From Candidatus Eiseniibacteriota bacterium (GTDB lineage: Bacteria; Eisenbacteria; RBG-16-71-46): a DNA stretch of 64,000 nucleotides. Position 1 is the stretch's first letter, and every line of letters starts with the position of its first letter. The notes beneath the pieces were generated by a model. The model was not told where the DNA came from. It made no database searches and was given only the letters and a program-made list of their open reading frames with translations. The position numbers and the translations under genes were made by a program. The stretch covers positions 830,580 through 894,579 of the forward strand of contig CAVUWA010000010.1 in NCBI GenBank assembly GCA_963744995.1, read 5' to 3'. Below, piece after piece: positions 1 through 10,532 of the stretch.

Positions 1-346
1 GTCGGCCGCCACGCCCGCGCCGCTGCCGAGCCGTGCGAGGCGCTCGAGCGCGGCGGCGAGGGCGAGCGTATCGCCGGCGCGGGCGTCCAGCCGCGCGAGC
101 GCCTGCAGATAGGCCGGCTGTTCCGGCCACGCGTGCGCGGCACGCGCCACCCATGCGCGCGTCGCGGCGGCATCGCCTGCGGCGTCCGCGCGCACCGCCT
201 CGCGCCATGCAGCACGGGCCGCCGCGGCCGAGTCCGCCGCGGCGTCACCTGCCGCAGCGCGGGTCGGGCGCGAGGGCGATCAGCAGGAGCGCAAGGCACA
301 CCCGCCCCGGGGCGGGTGTGCAGGGGAGGCACGCAGGGGTCGGCAT
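1..346 (-). pseudogene. Secreted TPR-like helical protein, 5' part, with an apparent +1 frameshift near 267 (runs off window start)
   Basis: ATG at 346 gives MPTP...VCLALLLIALAP (signal-like) and stops at 245; shifting one base in the CCC run at 266-268 continues as PTRAAAGD...AWPEQPAYLQALARLDARAGDTLALAAALERLARLG to the window edge. Confidence 0.5.
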
Positions 347-708
347 GGGACGATCATTGGCCATCGTCGCTCGCCTGGCAATCGCTCTGATGCGTGGCGG
401 AGGAAAATGTGACGCGCGGGACCGCGCCCATGACGGCGCGGTGGGTCCACGGGCGCACGCCTCGGGCCGCACCGCCGGACGCATGCTGATCCGCCCCGCG
501 AACGCCGGCGCGCGACTCGACTCGCTGTTCACCCTGCCGCGCCGCGAGGCCCCGGCCGTGCTGGCCGGGCTGATCGCGGACACGCTCGATCGGGTGGACG
601 CGCACCGCCCCGACATTGATACTGCACGGGCCCGCCGCCTGTTCGGAATGACACTGGAGGGGTGCACCGAGCGCCCCGCGTTCGGGGGGCCTCATGACCG
701 GGTGACCC

Positions 709-1344
709 ATGCGACTGCTGAAGACGTTATTCGACTCGAACCGCAAGTGGGCCGAAGCCATCAAGCAGGAGCGGCCCGATTTCTTTTCCGCTCTGGCGCA
801 CCAGCAGAAACCGCGCTACCTGTGGATCGGCTGCGCCGACAGCCGCGTTCCCGCGAACCAGATCGTGGGACTCATGCCCGGCGAGCTGTTCGTCCACCGC
901 AACGTCGCGAACCAGGTCGTGCACACCGACCTCAACTGTCTGTCGGTGCTCCAGTTCGCGGTCGACGTGCTGAAGGTCGAACACGTCATCGTCTGCGGCC
1001 ACTACGGCTGCGGCGGCATCCAGGCCGCGCTCGAAGACCGCAGCCTCGGGCTCATCGACAACTGGCTCAGGCACGTGGAGGACGTGGCCGCGAAGCACGC
1101 GGGCGAGCTGGCGAAGCTCGCCGAGGGCAAGCGCCGCTTCGATCGCCTGAGCGAACTCAACGTGGTCGAGCAGGTCGCGAACGTGTGCCGCACGACGATC
1201 GTCCAGGACGCCTGGGCGCGCGGCCAGAGCCTCGCCGTGCACGGCTGGATCTACGCGATCGATGACGGGCTGCTGAAGGACCTCGGGGTGTGCTTCACCG
1301 CGCGCGAGGAGTTCGCCGGCGCGGGCGGAGCCGGGCAGCCGTGA
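709..1344 (+). CDS. can: Beta-class carbonic anhydrase
   Basis: GCADSRVP and GHYGCGG zinc-ligand motifs, [19 protein letters not shown]. Confidence 0.95.
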   Translation: MRLLKTLFDSNRKWAEAIKQERPDFFSALAHQQKPRYLWIGCADSRVPANQIVGLMPGELFVHRNVANQVVHTDLNCLSVLQFAVDVLKVEHVIVCGHYGCGGIQAALEDRSLGLIDNWLRHVEDVAAKHAGELAKLAEGKRRFDRLSELNVVEQVANVCRTTIVQDAWARGQSLAVHGWIYAIDDGLLKDLGVCFTAREEFAGAGGAGQP

Positions 1345-1423
1345 CGCGGCGGCGCCGCGCGCCGCCCGCGAAGGCATCGCCATCCTGTCCGCGCGATAGC
1401 CACCGGCCGCACCGCTGAAGGCG

Positions 1424-3406
1424 ATGTCCTGGCTCGAGCGCATCCGGCCCGTCCACCTGATCGTGGCGCTCGTCGTGCTGGTCGTCGGCATCGACGTCGT
1501 TTCGTTCCCGTTCTACGCTGACGACTTCCATTTCCTCGACGTCGCGCGCCACCGCCCGTTCCTGGAACTCATGACCGGCCGCTACGGCATCTGGCCGTGG
1601 TACCGGCCGCTCTCGCGCGAGCTGTTCTTCGTGCTGCTCACCCACGTCGGCCCGTGGGGGGCGCCGTTCGGGCACGCGATCGAGACCGTCGTGGTGGCCG
1701 TCTCCGCGGTGCTGATCTACCGCATTGCGACGCTGCTCGGCTCGGCACGCGCCGGCGCGATCGCGGCGATGCTGTTCGTCACCTACGAGGCGACCAAGAT
1801 GCTCGCGTCCTGGGCGAGCGGCTTCCAGGACCTGCTGGCGCTGATGCTGTCGCTGGCGGCGGTGCGCGCCATGCAGCGCGGGCGCTACCAGGCGGTCCTC
1901 GTGTACGCGGCGCTCGCCCCGCTCGCCAAGGAGCCGGCGTTCGTCGTCTATCCGATCCTGCTGCTCTTCGCCCGGATGTTCGACTGGCGTGGCGAGGGGC
2001 GCCCCGGTGTCCGCGCGCTCGCGGCGTCCGCGGGGGTGCCCGTCGCGTTGCACGTGATCGCGCGCGTGACCTGGGTGAATCTGGCCACCGTGGAGCCGGC
2101 GGCCCTCAACCCGCCGTCCGTAACGTTCATCCTCGGCGAGGCGCTGCGCTTCTTCGTCGGCACCGGCCCCGTGCTCACGTTCCGGTCGCTGGCGATCGCG
2201 GCGCTCGCCGCCGGCGTTGCGTGGCTGTTCGCGAGGCAGGCGATCGCGGCCGCCGATGATGCGACCGCCTCATCGGAGCGCCGGCTGGTCGTCGGCTTCG
2301 CGGGCGCCACGCTGCTGGGCGCCGCTCCCGCCGCGGTCGGCAACGCGATGTTCTACCATTCGAACGCCTATCACCTGATCCCTGCAGTGCCGTGGGCCTG
2401 CATGCTGGTGGGGCTGCTGCTCGCCCGCGCGCCCGCGGCGTTCCTGCGTATCGCGGTGCCCGGGCTGGTAGTCTGGAACGCGGCGGCGCTCGGCGTCGCG
2501 AAGCCCGACCTCGACACGCCCGCGGCCTGGAACATCCCCAACTTCACCTGGGTGGACGCGCAGCGCTTCGCCGCCGTGACGCGGCGCTTCGACGCGGACC
2601 TCCACACGCTGCTCGCCGATCGGCCCGACCATCTCGTGGTGCTGTTCCAGAACCTGCCGCCACGGACGTTCATCCAGACCGAGGACGGCCCCGCGGTGCG
2701 CGAGCTGCTGCGCGACCCGACGCTCGCGAGCTACTGGAGCACCGAGACTCCGTGGCTGCCCGAGCGGCGGCCGGTCACCTTCGTCACGTTCGACTTCGGC
2801 ACGCTGCACCTGCGCAAGGCCGCGTGGGGTCCGCCCGAAGCGCTTCACCGCGCGAGCAACGCGATCATCGCCGGGCGCGGCGCGATCGCCGCCGCGACCC
2901 TGCGCTACGCGATCCCACCGGGCGACGAGGAGCCCGCGCGCTCGCACCTGATGGCGGCGGCCGTGCTGATCGCGCACGGCCCCGAGGCCTACCTCGGCCG
3001 CCTCGCAGCCATGGGACTCGCCGACTCCACCACGCCGCGCATCGCAGCGGTGGTGCGGGCGCTCGGCGGCGGCGACCCCGTGCTCATGCCCGGGTATCAG
3101 CGGATGCTCGAACATCCGCTCAGCGCCCAGGTCTACGTCGCGCTCGCCGATTCGTTCGCGCGCGAGGGCGTGACGCAGGGCGAGGCGTTCGAGCTGCGCA
3201 TGGCGATCACGCTCGATCCCACGCGCTGGGCGGAACGCTGGCGCCTCGCCGGGAAGATGGTCGACCTCGGCGGCGGCCAGGAGGCACTGGAGGAGTTGCA
3301 GTCGCTCGCCGCCGCGCGGGATGCCGGCACATGGGCCGCGCGGGCGCAGGCGGCGCTGGATTCGCTGGCTGCCGAAGGCGTCCCGGTAGCTTCTACGCGC
3401 CGGTAG
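1424..3406 (+). CDS. Polytopic membrane protein, GT-C glycosyltransferase-like, with helical/TPR-like C-terminus
   Basis: DD motif in first loop (YADDFHFL), WYRPLS, AKEPA after a TM helix, about 11-12 hydrophobic segments. Confidence 0.55.
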   Translation: MSWLERIRPVHLIVALVVLVVGIDVVSFPFYADDFHFLDVARHRPFLELMTGRYGIWPWYRPLSRELFFVLLTHVGPWGAPFGHAIETVVVAVSAVLIYRIATLLGSARAGAIAAMLFVTYEATKMLASWASGFQDLLALMLSLAAVRAMQRGRYQAVLVYAALAPLAKEPAFVVYPILLLFARMFDWRGEGRPGVRALAASAGVPVALHVIARVTWVNLATVEPAALNPPSVTFILGEALRFFVGTGPVLTFRSLAIAALAAGVAWLFARQAIAAADDATASSERRLVVGFAGATLLGAAPAAVGNAMFYHSNAYHLIPAVPWACMLVGLLLARAPAAFLRIAVPGLVVWNAAALGVAKPDLDTPAAWNIPNFTWVDAQRFAAVTRRFDADLHTLLADRPDHLVVLFQNLPPRTFIQTEDGPAVRELLRDPTLASYWSTETPWLPERRPVTFVTFDFGTLHLRKAAWGPPEALHRASNAIIAGRGAIAAATLRYAIPPGDEEPARSHLMAAAVLIAHGPEAYLGRLAAMGLADSTTPRIAAVVRALGGGDPVLMPGYQRMLEHPLSAQVYVALADSFAREGVTQGEAFELRMAITLDPTRWAERWRLAGKMVDLGGGQEALEELQSLAAARDAGTWAARAQAALDSLAAEGVPVASTRR

Positions 3407-3965
3407 ACCGGTCCGCGCCGCCCAGCGAGAACAGGAACGCCTCGACCTCCCCGGCGCCCCGCAGACGAACGAGATGCAGATGGCGGAACCGCGGCTCGCT
3501 AAGCATGCGCTCGTACAAACGCCGGCGCGGGAAGTGGGTGTGAAGCACCCACCACGGAATCCACTCGTGGCTCAGGACATCGAGCTTCTCGCGATTGCCC
3601 GCGAACAATCGCTCACGGGTGACCAGGCGGCGCAGCGTGCGGCGCCATGCGCGGGTAAACGTCACCCGCAGCGGCGGATCGAGCCAGATCAGGTCCGTGG
3701 CGCGACCCCACACCAGATCGCTCACTTTCCCGTAGTTGCCGTCGATGATCCAGCGGTCGCCGGCGGCGGCCTGTTCCACGCGCGATCGGAACAGTTCGAT
3801 GGGAAGGCTCTGCCAGTGCGGCTGCCAGTACAGCGCATCCAGCTCGACGTGCGGCAGGTCGAGCCGCTTCGACAGCGCGCGGCTGAGCGTGGTCTTGCCC
3901 GCGCAGCTGCTCCCGACCAATGCGATGCGCTGCAGGATGGGCCGCCGCGTCGCCACGCCAGTCAC
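3393..3965 (-). CDS. Adenylate kinase-like P-loop protein (FlaR / topology modulation family)
   Basis: IALVGSSCAGKTT Walker A, HVELDALYWQPHW, WIIDGNY; GTG at 3965 just after the pfkB stop. Confidence 0.8.
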   Translation of the reverse strand: MTGVATRRPILQRIALVGSSCAGKTTLSRALSKRLDLPHVELDALYWQPHWQSLPIELFRSRVEQAAAGDRWIIDGNYGKVSDLVWGRATDLIWLDPPLRVTFTRAWRRTLRRLVTRERLFAGNREKLDVLSHEWIPWWVLHTHFPRRRLYERMLSEPRFRHLHLVRLRGAGEVEAFLFSLGGADRSTGA

Positions 3966-3967
3966 CC

Positions 3968-4927
3968 TTACCGGATCGCTCCCAGCCATTCCTTCAGCCG
4001 GCGCTGGGCCTCTTCGCTCGTCGCGCGCATCAGTCCGCGCGCCCCCCAGTCCTCGAGGCAGAAGCTCGCCGAGATCGTGCCGCGGTCGAGCGCGCCCTGC
4101 ACGGTGCCGCCCGCGAGCACCGCGGCGAGAAAGCCGCCGGCGAACGCATCCCCCGAGCCGGTCGGATCGCCGGTCAGCCGCGGCACCGCCGGCCACTCGA
4201 TGAAGCTCTCCGCGCGCGCGTCGTAGAGGATTCCGCCGCGGTTGCCGCGCTTGAACGCGACGAAACGCAGCCGCCCACCGGCGAGGCGCCGCAGCGCCGC
4301 GCGCGGATCCTCGGCGACGTCGTCCAGCAGCAGCTCGTCTTCGCTGACGAAGAACGCGTCCACGCCGGCGAGCACCTCGCGCCAGCGCGCGAGGTTCTTC
4401 TCGGTGACCAGCTCGTAGGGATCGATCGAGAGCCCCGCCTCGCGGCGCGGCGCGAGCGCGGCCACCAGTTCCGCCTGGCGCTCGAGCGGCATCGGCGCGA
4501 GGTGGAACGCGCGTGCCTCCAGGCAATGCGTCGGAATCGCGCGCGGGTCGGGCGATACCTCCTGGTGGGAAGGCAGGCCGAGGTGGTGGATGACACGCCG
4601 GCCCGCCGCCTCGTAGAGCAGCCAGGTGCGCAGCCCCGGCCCCTCGAGCTCGCGCACGCCCGAGAGATCCACGCCGCGCCGCATCATGGCGTCGAGCGCG
4701 GCCAGCGGGTAGTCGTCGCCGCGCACGCTCACGACCGCGGTGCGTGCACCCCAGAGCGTCGCCGCGAGCGCCGCGTAGAGGCACGCGCCGCCGGGCTCAG
4801 CGATGAACGTGCGCCCGTCCGGAAACACCGCGTCGTCGATCAGCAGGTTGCCGATCACGACCAGGTCCGGGCCGCCGCCGCGCGGCGCAGCGCCGGTGCC
4901 GCCGGACGTCGCTTCGCCGAAGGTCAT
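3968..4927 (-). CDS. PfkB family carbohydrate/nucleoside kinase
   Basis: N-terminal VIGNLLID...PGG and C-terminal DPTGSGDAFAGG signature. Confidence 0.9.
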   Translation of the reverse strand: MTFGEATSGGTGAAPRGGGPDLVVIGNLLIDDAVFPDGRTFIAEPGGACLYAALAATLWGARTAVVSVRGDDYPLAALDAMMRRGVDLSGVRELEGPGLRTWLLYEAAGRRVIHHLGLPSHQEVSPDPRAIPTHCLEARAFHLAPMPLERQAELVAALAPRREAGLSIDPYELVTEKNLARWREVLAGVDAFFVSEDELLLDDVAEDPRAALRRLAGGRLRFVAFKRGNRGGILYDARAESFIEWPAVPRLTGDPTGSGDAFAGGFLAAVLAGGTVQGALDRGTISASFCLEDWGARGLMRATSEEAQRRLKEWLGAIR

Positions 4928-5760
4928 CGCGCGACGACCGCGCGGAACGCCTCGGCCACCGCGCGCACGCGGGCCGGATCGAGGGCGTTCGACCAGATGC
5001 CGTCGGCCTTCACCGACGAGCCGACGATGAAACCGTCGGCCGCCGCGTAGCGCGCGAGGTTCGAAGGCGCGAGCCCCGAGCCGACCAGCACGGGCGCCGT
5101 CACCGCGGCGGCCACCGCCTGGACGTCGCCGGGCAACGCTTCCTCGCCGGTCGCCGTGCCGGTCACGACCACGCCGTCGGCGAGATTGAAGACGGCCGCC
5201 TTCGCCGTGTCGGCGAGGCTCACGTCGGCCGTCACCGCGTGCGCGGCATGCTTCTTCTTGATGTCGGCGAACACCGCGATTTCGTCGGCGCCCATCGCGC
5301 GGCGCGCGCGGAGCAGCGGCCCCGCGCCCGCTTCGAGCCAGCCCTCGTCGGCGACGTGGCCGAACACGAACGCCTCGGCACGGATGAACGACGCGCCCGA
5401 GGCCAGCGCCACCGCCAGGGCTTCGCGGTTCGCCGCGGCGAGCACCTGAACGCCGAGCGGCAGCGGGACCTCGCGCCGCACCTCGCGCCCGACCACCGCC
5501 ATCGCCGCCACCGTCTCGGGGGACACCGTGCCCTTCAGATAGGGCAGGTCATGCATGTTCTCGATCATCAGCGCATCGAAGCCGTGCTCGCGATACACGC
5601 GTGCCTCGGCGACCGCGGTCGCGGCGATCTCGTCCATCGACATCGTGTGGCGCGGCGCGCCCGGCAGCGCGCGGACGTGCAGCATGCCGATCAGCGTGCG
5701 CGGCGTGCCGAACACACGCTGCAACGTGGCGGCGGCCTGGGGCCGCGGAATGGAGGTCAT
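4924..5760 (-). CDS. BtpA/SgcQ family TIM-barrel protein
   Basis: IGMLH..ALPGAP, IENMHDLPY, FADIKKKH, VVTGTATG, VLVGSG, GFIVGS motifs; ATGA overlap with pfkB. Confidence 0.9.
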   Translation of the reverse strand: MTSIPRPQAAATLQRVFGTPRTLIGMLHVRALPGAPRHTMSMDEIAATAVAEARVYREHGFDALMIENMHDLPYLKGTVSPETVAAMAVVGREVRREVPLPLGVQVLAAANREALAVALASGASFIRAEAFVFGHVADEGWLEAGAGPLLRARRAMGADEIAVFADIKKKHAAHAVTADVSLADTAKAAVFNLADGVVVTGTATGEEALPGDVQAVAAAVTAPVLVGSGLAPSNLARYAAADGFIVGSSVKADGIWSNALDPARVRAVAEAFRAVVAR

Positions 5761-5870
5761 CGGGGACTCCGCGCGAGTGGGTGTCGGGAAGGTTTTCGGC
5801 CGATGAGTCTACAACGGGGGCGGCGCGGGCGGAACGCCTCACGCGGGCGGCGGTCAGTACCGGTGGTTGA

Positions 5871-6356
5871 CTAACGCCCACCCCCGTTCATCCGCCACAG
5901 CGCCGAGTTCAGCACCGCGGCGAACGTCACCCACGCGGCGTACGGCACCAGCAGCCAGCCCGCGAGCGGCCGCACGCGCCCGAACGCCACCATCGTCGTG
6001 AGGATCGCCGCCCACAGCACCATGATCTCGACCAGCGCTGCGCCCGGCCGGTGGAGACCGAAGAACAGCCAGGTCCAGGCGCCGTTGAGCACGAGCTGCA
6101 CGGCGTAGATCACCAGCGCCGCGCGCGCGTCGGAGCGAACCTCCGGGCGCGCCCGCATCTCGCGCCACACCAGCCAGCCGGAAACCCCGATCAGCGCGTA
6201 GAGCACCGTCCACACCGGTGCGAACACCCAGCCCGGCGGATTCCAGGACGGCTTCGCCAGCGCCGTGTACCAGGCGTCGGGCCCCCAGTGCGTGCCGATC
6301 ACCGCGGGCGCGAACGCGAGCGCGAGAAACACCACCAGCGTAACCGGACGCTTCAC
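5871..6356 (-). CDS. tspO: TspO/MBR family tryptophan-rich sensory protein
   Basis: WYTALAKPSWNPPGWVFAPVWTVLY, QLVLNGAWTWLFFG, LLVPYAAWVTFA; GTG start overlaps the ubiD stop (GTGA). Confidence 0.92.
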   Translation of the reverse strand: MKRPVTLVVFLALAFAPAVIGTHWGPDAWYTALAKPSWNPPGWVFAPVWTVLYALIGVSGWLVWREMRARPEVRSDARAALVIYAVQLVLNGAWTWLFFGLHRPGAALVEIMVLWAAILTTMVAFGRVRPLAGWLLVPYAAWVTFAAVLNSALWRMNGGGR

Positions 6357-8131
6357 TTCCACCACCCGTCGACCGCGGCGATCACCTCGTGTGTATTCGC
6401 CACCGGCTCGGGATAGCCCTGCTTCCAGCTCGCATCGATGCCGAGCGGACCTCTGCACTGAAGCCACGCGCCGCGCGACTCGGTCGCGGCGGGCACGATG
6501 TCACGCGCGCAGTCGAAGCGGGTGAAGATGCCCCACAGCAGCATCGTGTCGTCATCGAGCGGCACGTCCTCGCTCACCGCCACGATGAGCTTGAGCTGCG
6601 CGTACTCGGGGCGCAGCACGAGGCGCTCGATCACCGCCCGGCCTTCGCCCGGGACCTGCACCACCAGCATGCCGCCCCAGGCCAGCCGGTGTGCGCGGAT
6701 GCCGTTCGCATAGGCGGCCGGGTCGTCGACGCGCGCCACGAGCGGCGCGGCCGCCGCCGCTTCCGGCGCAGTGCCCGCCGAGCCCGGGTTCTTCGCGTGC
6801 GACTGCGCGTCGATCACCATCTTGCTGCCGAGGTTCATCGTGTAGGAGGTGAAGTCGAGCGTGTCGAGCGGTACGCCGGGAAGCAGCATGAAGTCTTCGG
6901 CCGGATCGAAGTGCCGCGCGATCGCCTCGAACACCGCGCGCCGGTCGCGCGGGTTCACGTCGCCGTCCACCAGCACGATCGCTTTGGTGAGCGAGAGCTG
7001 TCCGGTGCCCATCAGGCCGAGCGCGGTCTTCTTCCCTTCGCGCGCGAAACGGTTCTCGACCGCGACGACCAGCAGGTTGTGGAAGCCCGCTTCGAAGTAG
7101 GCCCACAGGTCCACGATCTCGGGATGGATCACCTTGAGCACGCCGGTGAACATCTCCTGCACGGCTTCGCCCATCCACAGGTCTTCCTGCGGCGGCTTGC
7201 CGACCACGCTCGCCTGGAACACCGGGCGCTCGCGATGCGTGATCGCCTTCACGTGGAACACCGGGAACGGCGCCGCGTGCGAGTAGTGGCCGAAGTGATC
7301 GCCGAACGGACCCTCCTGCCGGCGTTCGCCCGCCGGGACCACGCCCTCGATCACGAATTCGGCATCGGCCGGCACCCGCGTCGCGATCGCGGTGCCGCGC
7401 GCAAGCCGCGTCGGCGCACCGCGCAGGAAGCCGGCGAACGCGAGCTCGTCGATCCCTTCGGGCAGCGGCGCGACCGCGGCGAGCAGCGTCGCCGGGTCGG
7501 CGCCCACGGCGACCGCGACTTCGAGGTCGCGCCCCATGCGCTCGGCACGCGCATAGTGGAACCCGCCGCCCTTGCCGATCTGCCAGTGCATGCCGGTGGT
7601 GTTCCCGTCATAGACGTGCATGCGGTAGATGCCGAGATTGCGCTTCCGGGTTTCCGGGTGCTCGGTGAACACCAGCGGAAACGTGACGAAGCGCCCGCCG
7701 TCCTTCGGCCACAGCTGGAGGATCGGCAGCGCCTCGAGGCTCGCGGCACGCCTGGCCTGTGCGGGGCCGGCGCCGAGGCGCTTCGCTCTGGACGCCAGCA
7801 CGCGCCCGGCCGAGCCGCGCAACGCCCACAGGTCGCCGAGCGCCTTCGGCGGCAGTGCGTGGAAGAGCTCCTCGATTTCGGCGCCCACCGAGCGCGGCGT
7901 GCGGCCGAGCGCCCATTCGACCCGCCGCGCCGCAGCGAGCACGTTCACGGCGAGCGGGAACTGCGCGCCGCGCACCTTCTCGAACAGCAGCGCGGGACCT
8001 TCGGCCTTCGCTTCGCGGCAGGCGATCTCGGTGACCTCGTACTTCCAATCCACCTCGCGCGTCACGCGCTTCAGGTCGCCGCGCCGTTCGAGCTCGTCGA
8101 GGTACGCAGACAGCGTGCGGAATCCACTCAT
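6353..8131 (-). CDS. ubiD: UbiD family prFMN decarboxylase (MqnL-like, menaquinone futalosine pathway)
   Basis: GPALLFE, DGGRFVTFP, RNLGIYRM, EGPFGDHFGHYS, VVGKPPQED, DTLDFTS; about 590 aa with extra C-terminal domain. Confidence 0.9.
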   Translation of the reverse strand: MSGFRTLSAYLDELERRGDLKRVTREVDWKYEVTEIACREAKAEGPALLFEKVRGAQFPLAVNVLAAARRVEWALGRTPRSVGAEIEELFHALPPKALGDLWALRGSAGRVLASRAKRLGAGPAQARRAASLEALPILQLWPKDGGRFVTFPLVFTEHPETRKRNLGIYRMHVYDGNTTGMHWQIGKGGGFHYARAERMGRDLEVAVAVGADPATLLAAVAPLPEGIDELAFAGFLRGAPTRLARGTAIATRVPADAEFVIEGVVPAGERRQEGPFGDHFGHYSHAAPFPVFHVKAITHRERPVFQASVVGKPPQEDLWMGEAVQEMFTGVLKVIHPEIVDLWAYFEAGFHNLLVVAVENRFAREGKKTALGLMGTGQLSLTKAIVLVDGDVNPRDRRAVFEAIARHFDPAEDFMLLPGVPLDTLDFTSYTMNLGSKMVIDAQSHAKNPGSAGTAPEAAAAAPLVARVDDPAAYANGIRAHRLAWGGMLVVQVPGEGRAVIERLVLRPEYAQLKLIVAVSEDVPLDDDTMLLWGIFTRFDCARDIVPAATESRGAWLQCRGPLGIDASWKQGYPEPVANTHEVIAAVDGWWK

Positions 8132-8141
8132 GCGCGCGGCC

Positions 8142-10532
8142 TCACGCGGCGGCTCTCGCGAGGCCCATGCGCTCGAGCAGCGCATCGAAGCGCGGATCGC
8201 CGCGCAGCGCCTCCCACGACCAGCGCCACCTGAGCCCCGGGTTCTCGTGGCGGTCGAGCGATCGCGAGAGCCACTCGAATGCCTCGTCGTGGCGGCCCGC
8301 GAGGGTCAGGCAATAGGCGACCCACCACGCCGGCGCGACGCGGCCGCCTTCGCCTGCGATGATCTGCCGCGACGCCTCGTTCCAGTAGCCCTGCGGCCCG
8401 CCGCTCGCGAGCGCCTCGAGCAGGCGGCGCGAATGAATGGTGGACATGCCGTTCAACGAGTCCATCACGCCGATCGCGCGGGCCGCCTCGGCAAGCCTGC
8501 CGTGAAGGTGCATGAGGTCGAGCTTCTCGAGGTAGATCCGGCCGAAGCTCGGATCGAGACGGACGGTGCGGTCGATCTCCTCTTCCGCTTCCTGGTAGCG
8601 CCCGAGCGACGACAGCACCTCGGCACGCGAGCTGGAGCAGATCTGCGACAGCGGGTCGCCCCGTACGGCGAGGTCCACCTGCGCGAGCGCCTCGTCGAGC
8701 CGCCCCTGTTCGAGCAGCAGCTGGCCGTACCAGAAGTGCCCGTCGCTGTGCCGCGGTTGAACCTGCAGCGCCTTCACGAGGCTGTTCTCGGCCTCGTCCC
8801 ACTTCCAGAGCATGAACGAAACCTCGCCGTGCGCGGTCCGTGCCTCGGCGGACTCGGGATCGAGCTCGATCGCGCGGTCGGCTGCCTGCTCCGCACGGGC
8901 GAGGTGCTCGTTTCGCTCGCCGAGACCGAAGCTGTGCAGCAGCGCGTGGGCCGTCGCCATTCCGGCCCATGCGTTCGCGTCGTCCGGCGCGCGGTCGATC
9001 GCGATCCGGAACTGACGGACCGCCTCGTTCAGATCCTGAATCGTGCGGCGCGCGACGTGGTAGCGGCCGCGCAACATCGCCTCCCAGGCGCGCGGATCCA
9101 CGCGACCCGGCCGCGCGTTCGGGCGCTCGGGCAGCAGCACCGCATGCAGCTCGCCGACGATCTCGCTGGCGATCTCCGCCTGCAGGGCGAGCACGTCCTC
9201 GACATCACGCTCGAAGCTGCGCGACCACAGGTGGCGATCGCTCGCCGCGTCGATCAGCTGCGCGGTGACGCGCACGCGATCGCCCGCGCGCAGCACGGTG
9301 CCTTCGACCACCGCGTCCACGCGCAGCTCGCGGGCGATCTGGCGCAGGGACTTGTCGCTGCCCCTGTAGCGCATCACCGAGGTGCGGGAGATGACCTGCA
9401 GCGGCGTCACGCGCGCGAGCGTCGCGATCAGCTCCTCGGTCATGCCCTCGGCGAAATAATCCTCTCCGGCGTCGCCCGATACGTTGTCGAGCGGCAGCAC
9501 CGCGACCGACTGGATGTCGGGCGGCGTCCCGCCGCCGCGGCGCTCCGCCGCGCGGTGGAGCACGATGACCAGCGCCACCGCCAGCGCCACCAGCAGCGGG
9601 GCGGCCACGCCCCACACCCGCATCGGCACGCGGCGACCGCGGCGCCGGCGGGCCTCGGCCTGCGGAAACGGCAGCCCCGCCGCCTCGGCGACCGCCACGC
9701 GTTCGGCCGCACGCACGGTCGAATCGTGCTGCGCGATCTCCAGCGCGGCACGCACTTCGCCCGCGAGCCCGTAGCGCAGCGCCGGGTCCTTCTCGAGACA
9801 GCGCGTGATCACGCTCTGCAGGGTCGGGCTGATGCGCGAAGGCAGCGGCGGCGGCTCCTCGTGGCGAATCGCCTCCTGCAGTTCGCCGAGATCGTGGCCC
9901 GTGAACGGGCGCCGGCCGGTACACATCTCGTAGAGCAGGACGCCGAACGACCACAGGTCGCTGCGCGCGCTCGAGACGCCCCGCTCGATCGTCTCGGGCG
10001 CCATGTAGGCCGGCGTGCCCTGCGACTCGTCCTCGCCCTCGTGCGCGGCGTCCGCCGGCACTGCGATGCCGAAGTCGAGCACCTTGAGCAGCCCGGTCTC
10101 GGTGATCATCACGTTGTTGATCTTGAGATCGCGATGGATGAGCCCCGCGCGATGCGCCTCGCCGAGCGCGTCGGCGATCTGCAGGCCGTAGCGCAGCACC
10201 CGCGACGCCGGCAGACCGCCTTCGGGCACGATCGAGCCGAGCGTTTCGCCGCGGACCAGCTCCATCACGATGTACACACGGCCGTCGGCTTCGCCGACCT
10301 CGTGCACGGTGCAGACGTTGGGGTGATTGATGGATGATGCCAGCCGCGCCTCGCGCAGCAGCGCGCCGCGCGAGGCCGGGTCGGGGCTCATCCACGGCGC
10401 CAGGACCTTGATCGCCACGTCGCGGCCGAGGCGCTCGTCGTGCGCGCGGTAGACGACGCCCATGCCGCCGAACCCGAGCTCCTCGACCAGCCGGTAGGGT
10501 CCGAGGTGGTCGCCGGGCTTCAGGCCCGTCAT
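8142..10532 (-). CDS. Hanks-type Ser/Thr kinase with TM helix, TolB-like domain and TPR repeats
   Basis: LGFGGMGVVY, VAIK, HRDLK..N, DFG, GTPAYMAPE, DLWSFG; SVAVLPLDN..YFAEGMTEELI; TPR helices; ATG overlaps the ubiX stop. Confidence 0.92.
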   Translation of the reverse strand: MTGLKPGDHLGPYRLVEELGFGGMGVVYRAHDERLGRDVAIKVLAPWMSPDPASRGALLREARLASSINHPNVCTVHEVGEADGRVYIVMELVRGETLGSIVPEGGLPASRVLRYGLQIADALGEAHRAGLIHRDLKINNVMITETGLLKVLDFGIAVPADAAHEGEDESQGTPAYMAPETIERGVSSARSDLWSFGVLLYEMCTGRRPFTGHDLGELQEAIRHEEPPPLPSRISPTLQSVITRCLEKDPALRYGLAGEVRAALEIAQHDSTVRAAERVAVAEAAGLPFPQAEARRRRGRRVPMRVWGVAAPLLVALAVALVIVLHRAAERRGGGTPPDIQSVAVLPLDNVSGDAGEDYFAEGMTEELIATLARVTPLQVISRTSVMRYRGSDKSLRQIARELRVDAVVEGTVLRAGDRVRVTAQLIDAASDRHLWSRSFERDVEDVLALQAEIASEIVGELHAVLLPERPNARPGRVDPRAWEAMLRGRYHVARRTIQDLNEAVRQFRIAIDRAPDDANAWAGMATAHALLHSFGLGERNEHLARAEQAADRAIELDPESAEARTAHGEVSFMLWKWDEAENSLVKALQVQPRHSDGHFWYGQLLLEQGRLDEALAQVDLAVRGDPLSQICSSSRAEVLSSLGRYQEAEEEIDRTVRLDPSFGRIYLEKLDLMHLHGRLAEAARAIGVMDSLNGMSTIHSRRLLEALASGGPQGYWNEASRQIIAGEGGRVAPAWWVAYCLTLAGRHDEAFEWLSRSLDRHENPGLRWRWSWEALRGDPRFDALLERMGLARAAA

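Noticed and set aside
483..700. Protein-like stretch on the plus strand (LAGLIADTLDRVDAHRPDIDTARARRLF)
   Set aside because: May be a gene remnant, but it has no clear RBS or own stop before can; too weak to call
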